Source of the DNA: Alphaproteobacteria bacterium
GTDB taxonomy: Bacteria; Pseudomonadota; Alphaproteobacteria; SP197
DNA: 64,000 bases
NCBI GenBank assembly: GCA_964291415.2
Contig: OZ219920.1
Coordinates: forward strand, 864,001-928,000
Direction: 5' to 3'
The position numbers and the translations under genes were made by a program. Of this stretch, positions 19,641 through 29,337 are shown in pieces (the stretch's first letter is position 1; the number at the start of each line of letters is the position of its first letter). The notes under the pieces are model-generated. The model saw only the letters and a program-made list of their open reading frames with translations, was not told the origin of the DNA and searched no databases.

Positions 19641-20921
19641 TCACCGCGAGCCCTCGGCCGTGCCTTCGAAGATACAGTCATTCAGGAAGATGCGCTGGCC
19701 GAACAGGTTGCGCTCGACGTCCGTCAATGCGGCCTCCTCGCAGATGTCGTCCCATGCGTCCCGGATGGTGCCGATCTGCCGGGCGACGGTGTCCTTCGCC
19801 GCTTTCTCGCTGAGCTGGAAACTGGGCGCGGCCTCCAGGCAGGTTGCAAGCGTGCTCGTCCGATCGTCGCCGACGATCAGCATCGCCTGGCTGGCCACAT
19901 TGCCGGAACGGCTTTGCGGGCAGATGTCATAGGCAGGTGTCAGGGTCAGGCGCTTGCCGTCCCAGAAGCCCGCATGGTTGCGGGCGTGGTCGTCGGTATT
20001 GCCGCACAGGACGTTGAACACGAGCCGTCCGTACAGCTCGTGCAGCGTCGCCTTCGGCGAAGTGAAGCGGTGCCGGACGATTTCCGCGAGGACTTCGTAG
20101 CTCGCGTAACGCGCCATCATTTCATCGAGACCGAACAGCGTCAGCGCCGAGACCATCGCCTTGCGTGTCCAACCGTCTTTCGTCTTTCCGCGGTCGAAGC
20201 GCTCGACCAGCAGCACGTCCTTGCCGGCGACTTGCTCGAGACGCACGGGAGCAACGTCGAGCCCTGCCTTGGCAGCAAGCCGCATGGCAACATATTCCGC
20301 CTTCACCACGCTATAGGTGTCGGTCGAAGACGAGAACTTGGCGATCAGCTTTGTGTCGCCGTCCTGAATCATCGTCTTCGGGCGCGCGCCGCCGAGCGAT
20401 GTGCCGTGAACCAGCGCCTGATCGAGGTCGGGCGTCAGCGATTCTCCTCTTTCGACTTTCTCGGCGGCGTTCAGCAGCTCTTCGAGCGTCGCGGCTTGAA
20501 CGGCGCGCGGCACGTACTCCGAAGGGGAGTGCTGGAAGTCCAGAGCGCCGATTCGGTCGGAGCCGGACTCGAGCAGGCAGGTCAGCTCGTCGAGCGTAGC
20601 GGTGTCGACATCCTTGCCCTTGCGTCCGAAGGTCCGGTTCAGGATGACGCGACGGCCCCATGCGTCGGGCGCGGCGTCGCGCAGGCATCCGGCCACGCCC
20701 AGCCCGGCTTCGGGCGCGATCGCTCCGCGGCGCAACGGCAGTTCCGGTTCGTAGATCGGGATTCCGTCATTGCGGTCCAGATAGCTCTGACCGTAGTTGA
20801 ATATCAGTCTCCCGCCGTCACGCGTGATGCGACCGGCGACGACCGGTGTCGTCGCGCCGGGCAGCCATATCCAGACATAGGCGTCCTCCGGCGCTTTCGT
20901 GTCGCGGCGTTCAGAAGTCAT
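19641..20921 (-). CDS. hipA: HipA-family toxin kinase
   Basis: DAAPDAWGRRVI, SDRIGAL, SLGGARPK, LLVERFDR, GNTDDHARNH, LTPAYDI. Confidence 0.95.
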   Translation of the reverse strand: MTSERRDTKAPEDAYVWIWLPGATTPVVAGRITRDGGRLIFNYGQSYLDRNDGIPIYEPELPLRRGAIAPEAGLGVAGCLRDAAPDAWGRRVILNRTFGRKGKDVDTATLDELTCLLESGSDRIGALDFQHSPSEYVPRAVQAATLEELLNAAEKVERGESLTPDLDQALVHGTSLGGARPKTMIQDGDTKLIAKFSSSTDTYSVVKAEYVAMRLAAKAGLDVAPVRLEQVAGKDVLLVERFDRGKTKDGWTRKAMVSALTLFGLDEMMARYASYEVLAEIVRHRFTSPKATLHELYGRLVFNVLCGNTDDHARNHAGFWDGKRLTLTPAYDICPQSRSGNVASQAMLIVGDDRTSTLATCLEAAPSFQLSEKAAKDTVARQIGTIRDAWDDICEEAALTDVERNLFGQRIFLNDCIFEGTAEGSR

Positions 20922-21249
20922 CTTTCACCTTCGTCGTTCCCGTGCGGACGGACTGCGGCAGCAGCGTGAGCTTGTCGCGTTCCACCGACAGATGGCGTGT
21001 CAGCGTTGTCGGTTCAGCTTCGAACAAGCGCAGCCCGACAATGGCGGCCACCTCGAAGGCCGCACCGATGGAGGAGCCCATCTCGCCTTTTTCGATGCGG
21101 TGCGCGAGGCCGCGCGAAATCCCGGCGCGTTCGGCGAGATCGGTGACCGTGATGCCGCGTTCGATGCGCGCGTTATGGATCATCAGCCCGAGCAGCTCTG
21201 CGGCTTCGCGAGCATAGCGGGAATAGCTTCTGTGTGCGGGCTTCGCCAT
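20911..21249 (-). CDS. XRE-family HTH antitoxin (HipB-like)
   Basis: ARIERGITVTDLAERAGISRGLAHRIEKG HTH; overlaps hipA start. Confidence 0.9.
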   Translation of the reverse strand: MAKPAHRSYSRYAREAAELLGLMIHNARIERGITVTDLAERAGISRGLAHRIEKGEMGSSIGAAFEVAAIVGLRLFEAEPTTLTRHLSVERDKLTLLPQSVRTGTTKVKDDF

Positions 21250-21275
21250 TGCTCTTTGCGCTCCATGAATAGATC

Positions 21276-21301
21276 ATGAGAAGGGATCGTGCCCTTCTTA
21301 T
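21276..21301. promoter_or_regulatory. Palindrome upstream of the antitoxin gene (candidate autoregulatory operator)
   Basis: atgAGAAGGG-atcgtg-CCCTTCTtat, ~30-50 bp before the hipB start. Confidence 0.5.
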
Positions 21302-21319
21302 AGCGCACTCCAAGAGATT

Positions 21320-21655
21320 TCAAACGAACATGGCGGTTCTTCGGCGAGTGGATAGGCAGAGGGCCGGTGTTCCCTTCGGGTTGGCACGTCCTGGCAGCAG
21401 CTTCATTCGCTCCGGGAGATACGCGGCGGGAAGATCGCCGACATGCCGTTCGTCCTCGCAGTGTGGTTCCCAATCATGGCCGAGCTGGGCCCGTCACAGC
21501 CCGGCGCCTTCAGGCACGTCCCTGATGCGGTTCTTCGAGGTCCGCAGAAGCTCGCCAGGGAACTCGTCGTCCTCGGGCGTTCGAATGTAGCGGCTCTTGC
21601 GCCGTACCCGGCCAGCAAAGTTCCGGTAGCTGTTCCAGGACTTGAATTCGTTCAT
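21320..21655 (-). pseudogene. RES-domain protein remnant
   Basis: MNEFKSWNSYRNFAGRVRRKSRY...frameshift...L*RAQLGHDW...ERMKLLPGRANPKGTPALCLS resembles the RES GRANPxGIPxLY motif; frameshift plus internal stop. Confidence 0.65.
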
Positions 21656-21896
21656 GTCGATTCGCCCCGCTGTCCCTTGTGCCTGGTACTCCCACGAGTA
21701 GGGACTTCCTGCTCCGTGCGCCGTGTAGTCGGGGTCCCGCCAAGCAAGTCACAAGCCAACCTCGCCCATACTCATCCACACAGAGCCGGGGAATCAGCCC
21801 ATCCCAGATTGGCCCTCCAGGACGGGTTTCTGTGCAGTTGCACGGTCATCCGGCCCATTTCTGAGCCGGGAAACGGTGCTACGTGAGTGGTTTGAC

Positions 21897-21971
21897 TGGT
21901 GGGCGCGGCTGGGTTCGAACCAGCGACCCCTGCCGTGTGAAGACAGTGCTCTCCCGCTGAGCTACGCGCCC
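21897..21971 (-). tRNA. tRNA-Val (anticodon CAC)
   Basis: GGGCGCGTAGCTCAGCGGGAGAGCACTGTC-TTCACAC-GGCAGGGGTCGCTGGTTCGAACCCAGCCGCGCCCACCA; cloverleaf with encoded CCA. Confidence 0.97.
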
Positions 21972-22052
21972 TCCCGAGAAAGGGTGATACGGCGCGGCCG
22001 AACGGACTGTCAAGGCTGCCCGGAACGCCAGGGGAGAACCCCGGCGAGATGC

Positions 22053-22919
22053 CTATCTCAGCTCCGTGACGGTGGCGACGATGCGCCTGTCGTCGCGAAC
22101 GATGTCGGCGCCGCCGGGTCGCGGAACGACTGCGTAGCAGGCATCGACGACGTGGAGCACCCCCGCCAGGCACAGCATGCCGTCATCATCGATCCGGTAG
22201 GTGCCGGCTTCCTCCGTTCCGAGGGATGCCGCTGCGTCGCCCCGGAGTACCGTGACGGCGTCGCTGCCGGCCGCAAAGGAGGCGCTGTAGAATGGCTCTC
22301 CGAAATGGAAATGCAGTTCACCTGCAAGCGTGCGACCCGGAATGATGGCCTGCAGAACCGCCGGAGACAGCTTCGGATGCCCCTTGGGAACCTGGAAGGC
22401 CTCCATCACCATGTAGCGATTGACAATCTCATCCCGGTGGTTGGTCTGGTACCAGAGATCGCCATCCTGCCAGACACCGAAACAGTCCGTGTCCTGCCCC
22501 CGGGAGAGGCAGATCCCATCCTCGACGATGTCCCAACCACCCGACCAGGTCTGGCCGGTGTCGTTGCGTCCGGAAAATCCGCCGTCATCGGCATAGGCCT
22601 CGTCATACCAGTGGAAAAGCTGCGTTTCCTCGTCGTAGGCATAGCCGAAGCGCCAGGTGCCGTTGTGGACGGTCAGCAGGTCGTCGCCGGTGATGGCCAC
22701 GGCGCGTTCGGGAAGAATCTCGAGATTGCTGTCACCGAAGAGTTCCAGGGACACCGGCCGTGCCACCAGCATGATGATGGTGCCCCCGATCCCCACTGCC
22801 GGGATCAGCAGAGCGCCAAAGATGTGCCACCTTCCCTGCAGGGCACCGCGGATCGACAGCACGAGGCAAGCAATCGAGCAGATTCCGAAGGTGATGAGTA
22901 CGAGTATTCCTATCCACAT
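22053..22919 (-). CDS. Hypothetical membrane-anchored protein with two similar beta-rich domains
   Basis: Two N-terminal TM segments; GGWDIVEDGICL...DCF and GTYRIDDDGMLCL...ACY internal repeat. Confidence 0.7.
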   Translation of the reverse strand: MWIGILVLITFGICSIACLVLSIRGALQGRWHIFGALLIPAVGIGGTIIMLVARPVSLELFGDSNLEILPERAVAITGDDLLTVHNGTWRFGYAYDEETQLFHWYDEAYADDGGFSGRNDTGQTWSGGWDIVEDGICLSRGQDTDCFGVWQDGDLWYQTNHRDEIVNRYMVMEAFQVPKGHPKLSPAVLQAIIPGRTLAGELHFHFGEPFYSASFAAGSDAVTVLRGDAAASLGTEEAGTYRIDDDGMLCLAGVLHVVDACYAVVPRPGGADIVRDDRRIVATVTELR

Positions 22920-23019
22920 GCCGGTGCCGCCTGTTTGCAGGGTTGTCTGGAACGATCATGCTGTTTCCGGACCCGCATGGCAATGCGCCAGCGTGACGAT
23001 GCATCCGCGTTCATGGGAA

Positions 23020-25026
23020 TCAGCGCGTCAGGGTGACTTCCACGCCGTGGACGCAGGTGCTCTCGCCCATGTCCGACTTGCGGGGAATGTGCAGGTGATT
23101 GACGTTGGCCCCACCGGGTCCGGGCCACCTGCTCTTGTCCGTAAGCAGAACCCCCGATGGCACGCTGTCCGAGACGACGGCGACCATGGTGAGCGAACCG
23201 GCATCATTGGAGAGCCTGACCTCGTCACCGGTGTCGACACCACATGACCGGGCATCATCCGGATGGAGCGTGACCGTCGGTGTGCCGAGAAGTTCACCGA
23301 TGCGCGGATCGTTGCCATAGGAGGAGTTCATCAGCCAGCGGCCGGCGGGACTCAGCAGGCGGAACCGGCCATCCTCGGGTGGCGGATCCGCCACGGCCTC
23401 GGGCACCCGGGGATGACCGTCGGCCTCGGCGCTGGCACTGGCGATCTCGATCTTGCCTGATGGTGTCGCAAACCTGCCCCCGGGCCACAGCACCAGGGGC
23501 TCATTGCTGGCTGCTGCCCAGCCACGCGTCTTCAACTCTTCCCAGGACACACCTGTGCCTTCCAGCACTTCGTCGATCAGTTCGCTGTCGCTGCGGTGGA
23601 GCTCTGCGTCCTCCAGACCCATGGCCCGGGCGAGGCGCCGGAAGATCTCCTGGTTGGGCAGACTCTCACCCATGGGTTCGGCACACCGGACCTGGGCGCC
23701 GAGATGGAGGTGAAAGTAGCTTGCGTTCACGTCGTCGAATTCCAGGAAGGAGGCGGCCGGCAGCACGATATCGGCGTATCGGGATGTATCGGTTTCAAAG
23801 CAGTCGACGACCACCGTGAACAGATCCTCGCGCATCAGCGCCCTGGTGAGCACCTGCTGCGCCGGATTCGAAGCGAGGGGATTGCAGTTCCAGACCATGT
23901 AGGCACGGAAACGATCCGTTGCATCGAGTGCGGCGGGGACGTCCATCTGACTGATGGAGGGGCAGGTCTCCTGGGCCATCGGCCGGGGCGGCGTGGCGCC
24001 CTTGCGTGCCATGATGTCGAGCGTGCTGTTGAGGTAGTAGATGCCGGTACCGGGTTTCGACATGTTGCCTGTCAGCGCGGGAAGCATGGCGCAGGCGCGG
24101 AAGATATTGCCGCCGCGAAACTGGCGCTGCAGTCCCTGGCCGAGCCACAGGAGGGACGGTCCCCTCGCATAGAGGTGGGCGGTCTCCTCGATGAGCTCGA
24201 CAGGGACACCGGTCACGCGGGACGTCGATTCCGGGTCTGCCGCGGCGATCGCGTCCTCGACCTCGTGGTAACCCTCGACGTGGCTGGCGATCCAGGCGTC
24301 GTCGAGCAGGCCATCGCGGCGGGCAACGTGGCAAAGGCCGAAGGCCAGCACCGCATCGCTGCCGGGATTGACCTGCAGATGAATGTCGGCCTCGGAGGCC
24401 GTGCGGTGCCGCACCGGATCAATGACGACAACCTTCGCCCGGCTTTCCTTCAGCCAGTGCTTGTGAGCATGGGGAGCGCTGTGGGCCGGATTGGCGCCCC
24501 AGACGACGATACAGGCGCTGTCCCTGGCCGTTGCGGGATCGAAACCGGTGCCACTTGAGCCGAGGACATAGTGAAGAGCCTGGTGGCCGGCGTTGTTGCA
24601 GATGGAATCGGGTATGGCCTCGGTGGCGCCGATACGGTTGAAGAACCGCTCCGGAAAGGCGTTGGCAAGGGCCGAACAGGTGCCGGTGTAGTGCGTGTGG
24701 AGGATGGATTCGGCGCCGCTCTCGGCGATGATGGCATCAAGGCGTGTTGCAATCGTGCCAAGCGCCTCCTCCCAGCTGACTCGCTCGAAGAGACCCGATC
24801 CCTTCGGTCCGGTCCGACGCAGGGGGTGGAGGAGACGGGAATCTCGGTCGAGCCAGACACCGTTGTAGGCAATGGCGCACTTGCCACACAGAGCGCCCCG
24901 GCTCACCGGATGATCGGGGTCGCCCAGAACCCGCGTGATCTTGCCATGACGCCTGACCACAGCGATGCCGCACCCGTCATAGCAGTCGCGGGGACAACTC
25001 GTGCGAATGATGTCGCGTTCGGTCAT
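23020..25026 (-). CDS. Molybdopterin (bis-MGD) oxidoreductase family protein
   Basis: CPRDCYDGC...LCGK 4Fe-4S motif, WGANP, TDTSRYADIVLPAASFLE, FATPSGKIE. Confidence 0.92.
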   Translation of the reverse strand: MTERDIIRTSCPRDCYDGCGIAVVRRHGKITRVLGDPDHPVSRGALCGKCAIAYNGVWLDRDSRLLHPLRRTGPKGSGLFERVSWEEALGTIATRLDAIIAESGAESILHTHYTGTCSALANAFPERFFNRIGATEAIPDSICNNAGHQALHYVLGSSGTGFDPATARDSACIVVWGANPAHSAPHAHKHWLKESRAKVVVIDPVRHRTASEADIHLQVNPGSDAVLAFGLCHVARRDGLLDDAWIASHVEGYHEVEDAIAAADPESTSRVTGVPVELIEETAHLYARGPSLLWLGQGLQRQFRGGNIFRACAMLPALTGNMSKPGTGIYYLNSTLDIMARKGATPPRPMAQETCPSISQMDVPAALDATDRFRAYMVWNCNPLASNPAQQVLTRALMREDLFTVVVDCFETDTSRYADIVLPAASFLEFDDVNASYFHLHLGAQVRCAEPMGESLPNQEIFRRLARAMGLEDAELHRSDSELIDEVLEGTGVSWEELKTRGWAAASNEPLVLWPGGRFATPSGKIEIASASAEADGHPRVPEAVADPPPEDGRFRLLSPAGRWLMNSSYGNDPRIGELLGTPTVTLHPDDARSCGVDTGDEVRLSNDAGSLTMVAVVSDSVPSGVLLTDKSRWPGPGGANVNHLHIPRKSDMGESTCVHGVEVTLTR

Positions 25027-25202
25027 GGGCCTCCCATCACATGATCCGCCTCCATCTTCCCCCCTTGTCGCGAACCTGACAAGGCTTTGCCGCGGTCCTG
25101 CAGCCAATCCGCTCCGACGATATTCACTGGTGGCCGGATCGCGTCTTGACGGTGACCGTGTGCGGTGTATCCACTGTCGGCGGAAGATGGAGGAAGCGAA
25201 CC

Positions 25203-26048
25203 TTGACCCGGAACTCCATTGAGGTGCGTCCGCTCGGACCCGTGATCGGCGCCGAGATTCACGGGATCGACCTTGCCGAGGGAATTGAACCCGCTACGTG
25301 TGATCTGATTCACCAGGCACTGCTTGAGCACCTGGTCGTGTTTCTCCCGGATCAGCATATCGGCCCGGCAGAACATCTCGCCCTTGCGCGCTGGTTCGGT
25401 GACGTCGAGCCGCCCCATCCGGTGTTCGGCAATGTGGCGGGACTGCCCGAGGTGACGGTGATCGAGCAGCACGGCGATGGCAGCCTCTACAACGATGTCT
25501 GGCATACCGACGTGACCTTTCGCGAACGACCCGCCATGGCCTCGATCCTGCATTGCCAGGTGACGCCGCCAGGCGGTGGTGGCGACACCCTGTGGTCGAG
25601 CCTCTACGCTGCCTACGACGCGCTGTCGCCGGCGGTTCGCAACATGATCGAGGACCTGACGGCCATCCACGACTACTACATGTCGTTCGGATCCTCGGTT
25701 CTGGCCGGCGAGGGCGGAATCGAGCAACTTGCCCGGGACATCATCGAGTTGCCGCCCGTGGAGCATCCGGTGGTGCGGACACACCCGGAAACCGGAAGGA
25801 AGGGGCTGTTCGTCAACCGTACCTTCACAAAGGAGATCAAAGGGCTCAGCGGAGTCGAGAGCGACTACATCCTCAGAATGCTGTGCGAGTTTGCGGAGCA
25901 CCCCAACTACCAGGTTCGCCGGTCGTGGAAACCCCGTGACCTGGCGATCTGGGACAACCGGTGCACCATGCATCTGGCATCCTCCGACTTTTCGGGACAT
26001 CGCAAGATGCACCGTGTCACGGTCATCGGCGACCGGCCCTTCCACTAG
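25203..26048 (+). CDS. TauD/TfdA Fe(II)/2-oxoglutarate dioxygenase
   Basis: IGAEIHGIDL, WHTDVTF, GGDTLW, HPVVRTHPETGRKGLFVN, WDNRCTMH; TTG start after GGAGG. Confidence 0.93.
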   Translation: MTRNSIEVRPLGPVIGAEIHGIDLAEGIEPATCDLIHQALLEHLVVFLPDQHIGPAEHLALARWFGDVEPPHPVFGNVAGLPEVTVIEQHGDGSLYNDVWHTDVTFRERPAMASILHCQVTPPGGGGDTLWSSLYAAYDALSPAVRNMIEDLTAIHDYYMSFGSSVLAGEGGIEQLARDIIELPPVEHPVVRTHPETGRKGLFVNRTFTKEIKGLSGVESDYILRMLCEFAEHPNYQVRRSWKPRDLAIWDNRCTMHLASSDFSGHRKMHRVTVIGDRPFH

Positions 26049-26071
26049 GTCGTGACACGCGGCAGACATCG

Positions 26072-27727
26072 GTGGTCGAGGTCTTCGATTTCATCATCGT
26101 TGGTGGGGGATCGGCCGGGTCTGTCCTCGCCGCGCGTCTGAGCGAGGAGAGTTCGTGCCGCATCCTTCTCCTCGAGGCTGGTGGCGCGAACCGGGATTTT
26201 CGTGTCGCCATGCCGGCGGCCAACGTGTTCGCCGTCGGCAACCCGCGCTTCGACTGGTGCTACCTGACCGAACCCCAGCCGCATCTCGCCGGCCGCCGGA
26301 TCCACTGGCCCCGGGGGCGCGGGCTCGGGGGTTCGAGCGCCATCAACGGCATGATCTACATACGCGGCAATGCCGCCGACTATGATCGCTGGAGGCAGCT
26401 CGGTCTCGGGGGCTGGGCCTGGGCAGATGTGCTGCCCTACTTTCGCAAGGCGGAAAGCCGGGAGGGTGGCGGCGATCACTGGCGCGGCGAGTCCGGACCC
26501 CTGCTGACCGGACCGGCAGGACGGCCGCTGCCGATCGACCACGCCTTCATCGAAGCCTGCCTGCAGTCGGGATTGCCGGCCAATCCGGACTTCAACGGGG
26601 CAAGCCAGGTTGGTGCCGGCCTGCTCGATGTGACCGTTCGCGATGGCCGGCGCTCCAGCGTCTCGAGATGCTATCTCGGGTCTGCCGGATCCCGGCCAAA
26701 CCTGGAGGTCCGCACGGGATGTCTGGTCACATCCCTGGTGATCGAGGGACATCGCGCCAGAGGTGTGCGCTACCGCCGGCGGTCCGCTGCGGAAGAAGTC
26801 CATGCCTCCCGCGAGGTGATCGTCTGTCAGGGTGCCATCGGTTCGCCACAACTCCTCATGCTGTCGGGCATTGGACCGGCGGACCACCTGCGCCGGCACG
26901 GGATCGAGGTGAGAGTGGAGAGCCCCGGAGTCGGGGAAAACCTGCAGGACCATCTCAACATTCCGGTGCGGTTCCACTGTCGGCGGCCGCGCGAAACCCA
27001 GGCCCGCTGGGCCCGGCCGATGATGGCTCTCATGCTCGGCGCCTCGTGGTTTGCCAGCGGCGGACGGGCGGGGCCGGGGGCCCATCCCTTCTGGTCGGCC
27101 GGCGCCTTTTCCGAAGGTGGCGCGGAAGCGCCCGACCTTCCTCGATTCCAGGTCTTTTTCACACCGATGGTCATCGCTGAAGGTCGGGGTTACGGAACGA
27201 AGACCGCCGTCGACGGTTTCCAGTTCGATGTGAACCAGATGCACCCGCTTTCGCGCGGCCACATCAGGCTCAAGAGCGCCGATCCCGAGGACCACCCCGT
27301 CATCGAACCGAACTATCTTGGCGAAGATGAGGACCGGCGGGACTTCATTGATGCGGTCAGGTGGGCGCGCGACATCGCACGCCAGCCGGCACTGGCTCCC
27401 TATCGCGGAGGCGAAATGGATCCCGGGGAGCATGTCTCGACTGACGACGACATTCTTGCGGCGGTCGCCCGTGGCGCCCTGTCGGGATATCATGCATCGG
27501 GAACCTGCAAGATGGGGGCGCCTGGCGACCCGATGGCGGTTGTCGACGATCAGCTGAAGGTGCGCGGCGTCGATGGCCTCAGGGTGGTCGATGCATCGGT
27601 GATGCCGATTATCGTGACAGGAAACACCAATGCTCCAACGGTCATGATTGCCGAGAAAGCGGCGGACATGATACGAGGCCACACGCCCCTGCCGCGACGC
27701 GAGGCAGCCGCCGAACACGGTCCATGA
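26072..27727 (+). CDS. GMC oxidoreductase (choline dehydrogenase-like)
   Basis: GGGSAGSVLAARLSE, RGRGLGGSSAINGMIYIRG, VGENLQDH, GTCKMG, GNTNAPTVMIAEKAAD. Confidence 0.95.
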   Translation: MVEVFDFIIVGGGSAGSVLAARLSEESSCRILLLEAGGANRDFRVAMPAANVFAVGNPRFDWCYLTEPQPHLAGRRIHWPRGRGLGGSSAINGMIYIRGNAADYDRWRQLGLGGWAWADVLPYFRKAESREGGGDHWRGESGPLLTGPAGRPLPIDHAFIEACLQSGLPANPDFNGASQVGAGLLDVTVRDGRRSSVSRCYLGSAGSRPNLEVRTGCLVTSLVIEGHRARGVRYRRRSAAEEVHASREVIVCQGAIGSPQLLMLSGIGPADHLRRHGIEVRVESPGVGENLQDHLNIPVRFHCRRPRETQARWARPMMALMLGASWFASGGRAGPGAHPFWSAGAFSEGGAEAPDLPRFQVFFTPMVIAEGRGYGTKTAVDGFQFDVNQMHPLSRGHIRLKSADPEDHPVIEPNYLGEDEDRRDFIDAVRWARDIARQPALAPYRGGEMDPGEHVSTDDDILAAVARGALSGYHASGTCKMGAPGDPMAVVDDQLKVRGVDGLRVVDASVMPIIVTGNTNAPTVMIAEKAADMIRGHTPLPRREAAAEHGP

Positions 27728-28572
27728 CGGAAAGCACGCCCTATCTCTTGAGGCCGAATCCCGACGATTCGCGCCTGACGCGTTCGGTGTCCGGCATCGA
27801 CCAGGACGGCAACCGGGTCGATCGGGCCGTGACCGTGGAGACCCCGTTGACGCTGTTTCTCAATGATCAGGAAATCGTCACCATGATGACGATCGGGGAT
27901 TTCCCGGACTACCTGGCCCTGGGTTACCTGCTGAACCAGGGGATGCTGGCCGGAATCGAAGACGTCACCGGAATCGAGCATGACGAAGAGATCGCCACGC
28001 TGGTCGTGCGCACCCGTGGGCAGACCGATTACGAGGAGAAGCTCCGGAAGCGCACACTGACGTCGGGATGTGCGCAGGGAACCGTCTTTGGCGATCTCAT
28101 GGACGAGATCGAGTCCGTCAATCTGGACAGGAACGCGGTGGTTCGCACCGGATGGCTCCATGCGCTCGCAAAGACGATCACGGCGACGCCGAGCCTCTAC
28201 CTCAAGGCCGGCGCCATCCATGGCTGTGTTCTCTGTGAAGGTGACCGTCCGCTGGTCTACATGGAGGATGTCGGCAGGCACAATGCCGTCGACAAGATTG
28301 CCGGCTACATGGCCATCGAGAACATTCCGGCCGCCGGCAAGTTGTTTTACACAACCGGCCGGCTGACCAGCGAGATGGTGATCAAGACGGCACGGATGAA
28401 CATTCCGGTCCTGATTTCCCGTTCGGGGTTCACGGCCTGGGGCGTCGAACTCGCCCGCCAGGTCGACATGACACTCATCGGCCGCCTGCGCGGCAGACGG
28501 TTCATGGTGGCCGCAGGCGCGCATCGTGTGTGCTGGGACGACCCGCCCGTTCCAAGGTCGCAAGAGGAGTGA
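27724..28572 (+). CDS. fdhD: Formate dehydrogenase accessory sulfurtransferase
   Basis: TSGCAQG, GAIHG, EDVGRHNAVDK, TTGRLTSEMVIK. Confidence 0.95.
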   Translation: MTESTPYLLRPNPDDSRLTRSVSGIDQDGNRVDRAVTVETPLTLFLNDQEIVTMMTIGDFPDYLALGYLLNQGMLAGIEDVTGIEHDEEIATLVVRTRGQTDYEEKLRKRTLTSGCAQGTVFGDLMDEIESVNLDRNAVVRTGWLHALAKTITATPSLYLKAGAIHGCVLCEGDRPLVYMEDVGRHNAVDKIAGYMAIENIPAAGKLFYTTGRLTSEMVIKTARMNIPVLISRSGFTAWGVELARQVDMTLIGRLRGRRFMVAAGAHRVCWDDPPVPRSQEE

Positions 28573-29231
28573 CGGAGGTGTCGGCGTTGCGCAACGACGT
28601 GGCCGGAACGGTGCTCGCCGGCGGGTTGGCGCGACGCATGGGTGGCGGGGACAAGGGCATGCTGGACCTCGGTGGCCGCAGCATTCTCGATCACGTGATC
28701 GCCCGCTTGCGCCCACAGGTGCGCATGGTGGCGCTCAACGTCAATGATGACGCCTCGCGCTTCGACTCGTCCGTCATCTCGCTGGCGCCCGACATGCTGC
28801 CGGGACGCCCCGGTCCACTTGCCGGTGTGCTGGCCGGACTCGACTGGACCTTTGCCAACGTGCCGGGCCTGCACTGGATCGTCACCGTGCCCACGGACAC
28901 GCCGTTCCTGCCCGTCGACCTTGTCGAGAGGCTTTTTGCGGCGGTGAAGACTTCAGGCGCCGACATGGCCTGTGCTGCGTCCGCCGGCAGGCGCCACCCT
29001 GTCGTTGGCCTGTGGCCCGTCCACCTGCGGAACGAACTGCGCCAGGCATTGATCATGGAGGGCGTGCGCAAGATCGACGCCTGGACCGGCCGTTACCGGG
29101 TGGCCGAGGCGTCGTTCAGCGACCATCCGGTGGACCCCTTCTTCAACATCAACAATCCGGACGATCTTGCCACGGCCAGGACTCTCCTGATGCGCCTGGA
29201 ATGCCATCAGCCCGAAGTGGCAGCGCCCTGA
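28569..29231 (+). CDS. mobA: Molybdenum cofactor guanylyltransferase
   Basis: LAGGLARRMGGGDK, GPLAG, PTDTPFLP, FFNINNPDDL. Confidence 0.96.
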   Translation: MTEVSALRNDVAGTVLAGGLARRMGGGDKGMLDLGGRSILDHVIARLRPQVRMVALNVNDDASRFDSSVISLAPDMLPGRPGPLAGVLAGLDWTFANVPGLHWIVTVPTDTPFLPVDLVERLFAAVKTSGADMACAASAGRRHPVVGLWPVHLRNELRQALIMEGVRKIDAWTGRYRVAEASFSDHPVDPFFNINNPDDLATARTLLMRLECHQPEVAAP

Positions 29232-29337
29232 CAGCACGCGCCGCCTCCGGCCCGGTGGGCGATGATCGAGTGCCCGGGGTTGGCAAGACCGGGTGATTTT
29301 GGCACACAGCAGACCGCTGTCGCAGGAGTGTCGCGCC

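Larger units (their letters stand above)
18858..21944. mobile_element. Decayed integrative element in tRNA-Val(CAC)
   Basis: Bounded by 48-bp direct repeats; contains integrase remnant, hipBA, RES remnant. Confidence 0.9.

Noticed and set aside
21480-21510. In-frame TGA in the RES remnant as selenocysteine
   Set aside because: Context L*RAQ fits a mutated Trp codon; the gene is also frameshifted, and I saw no Cys motif or SECIS.
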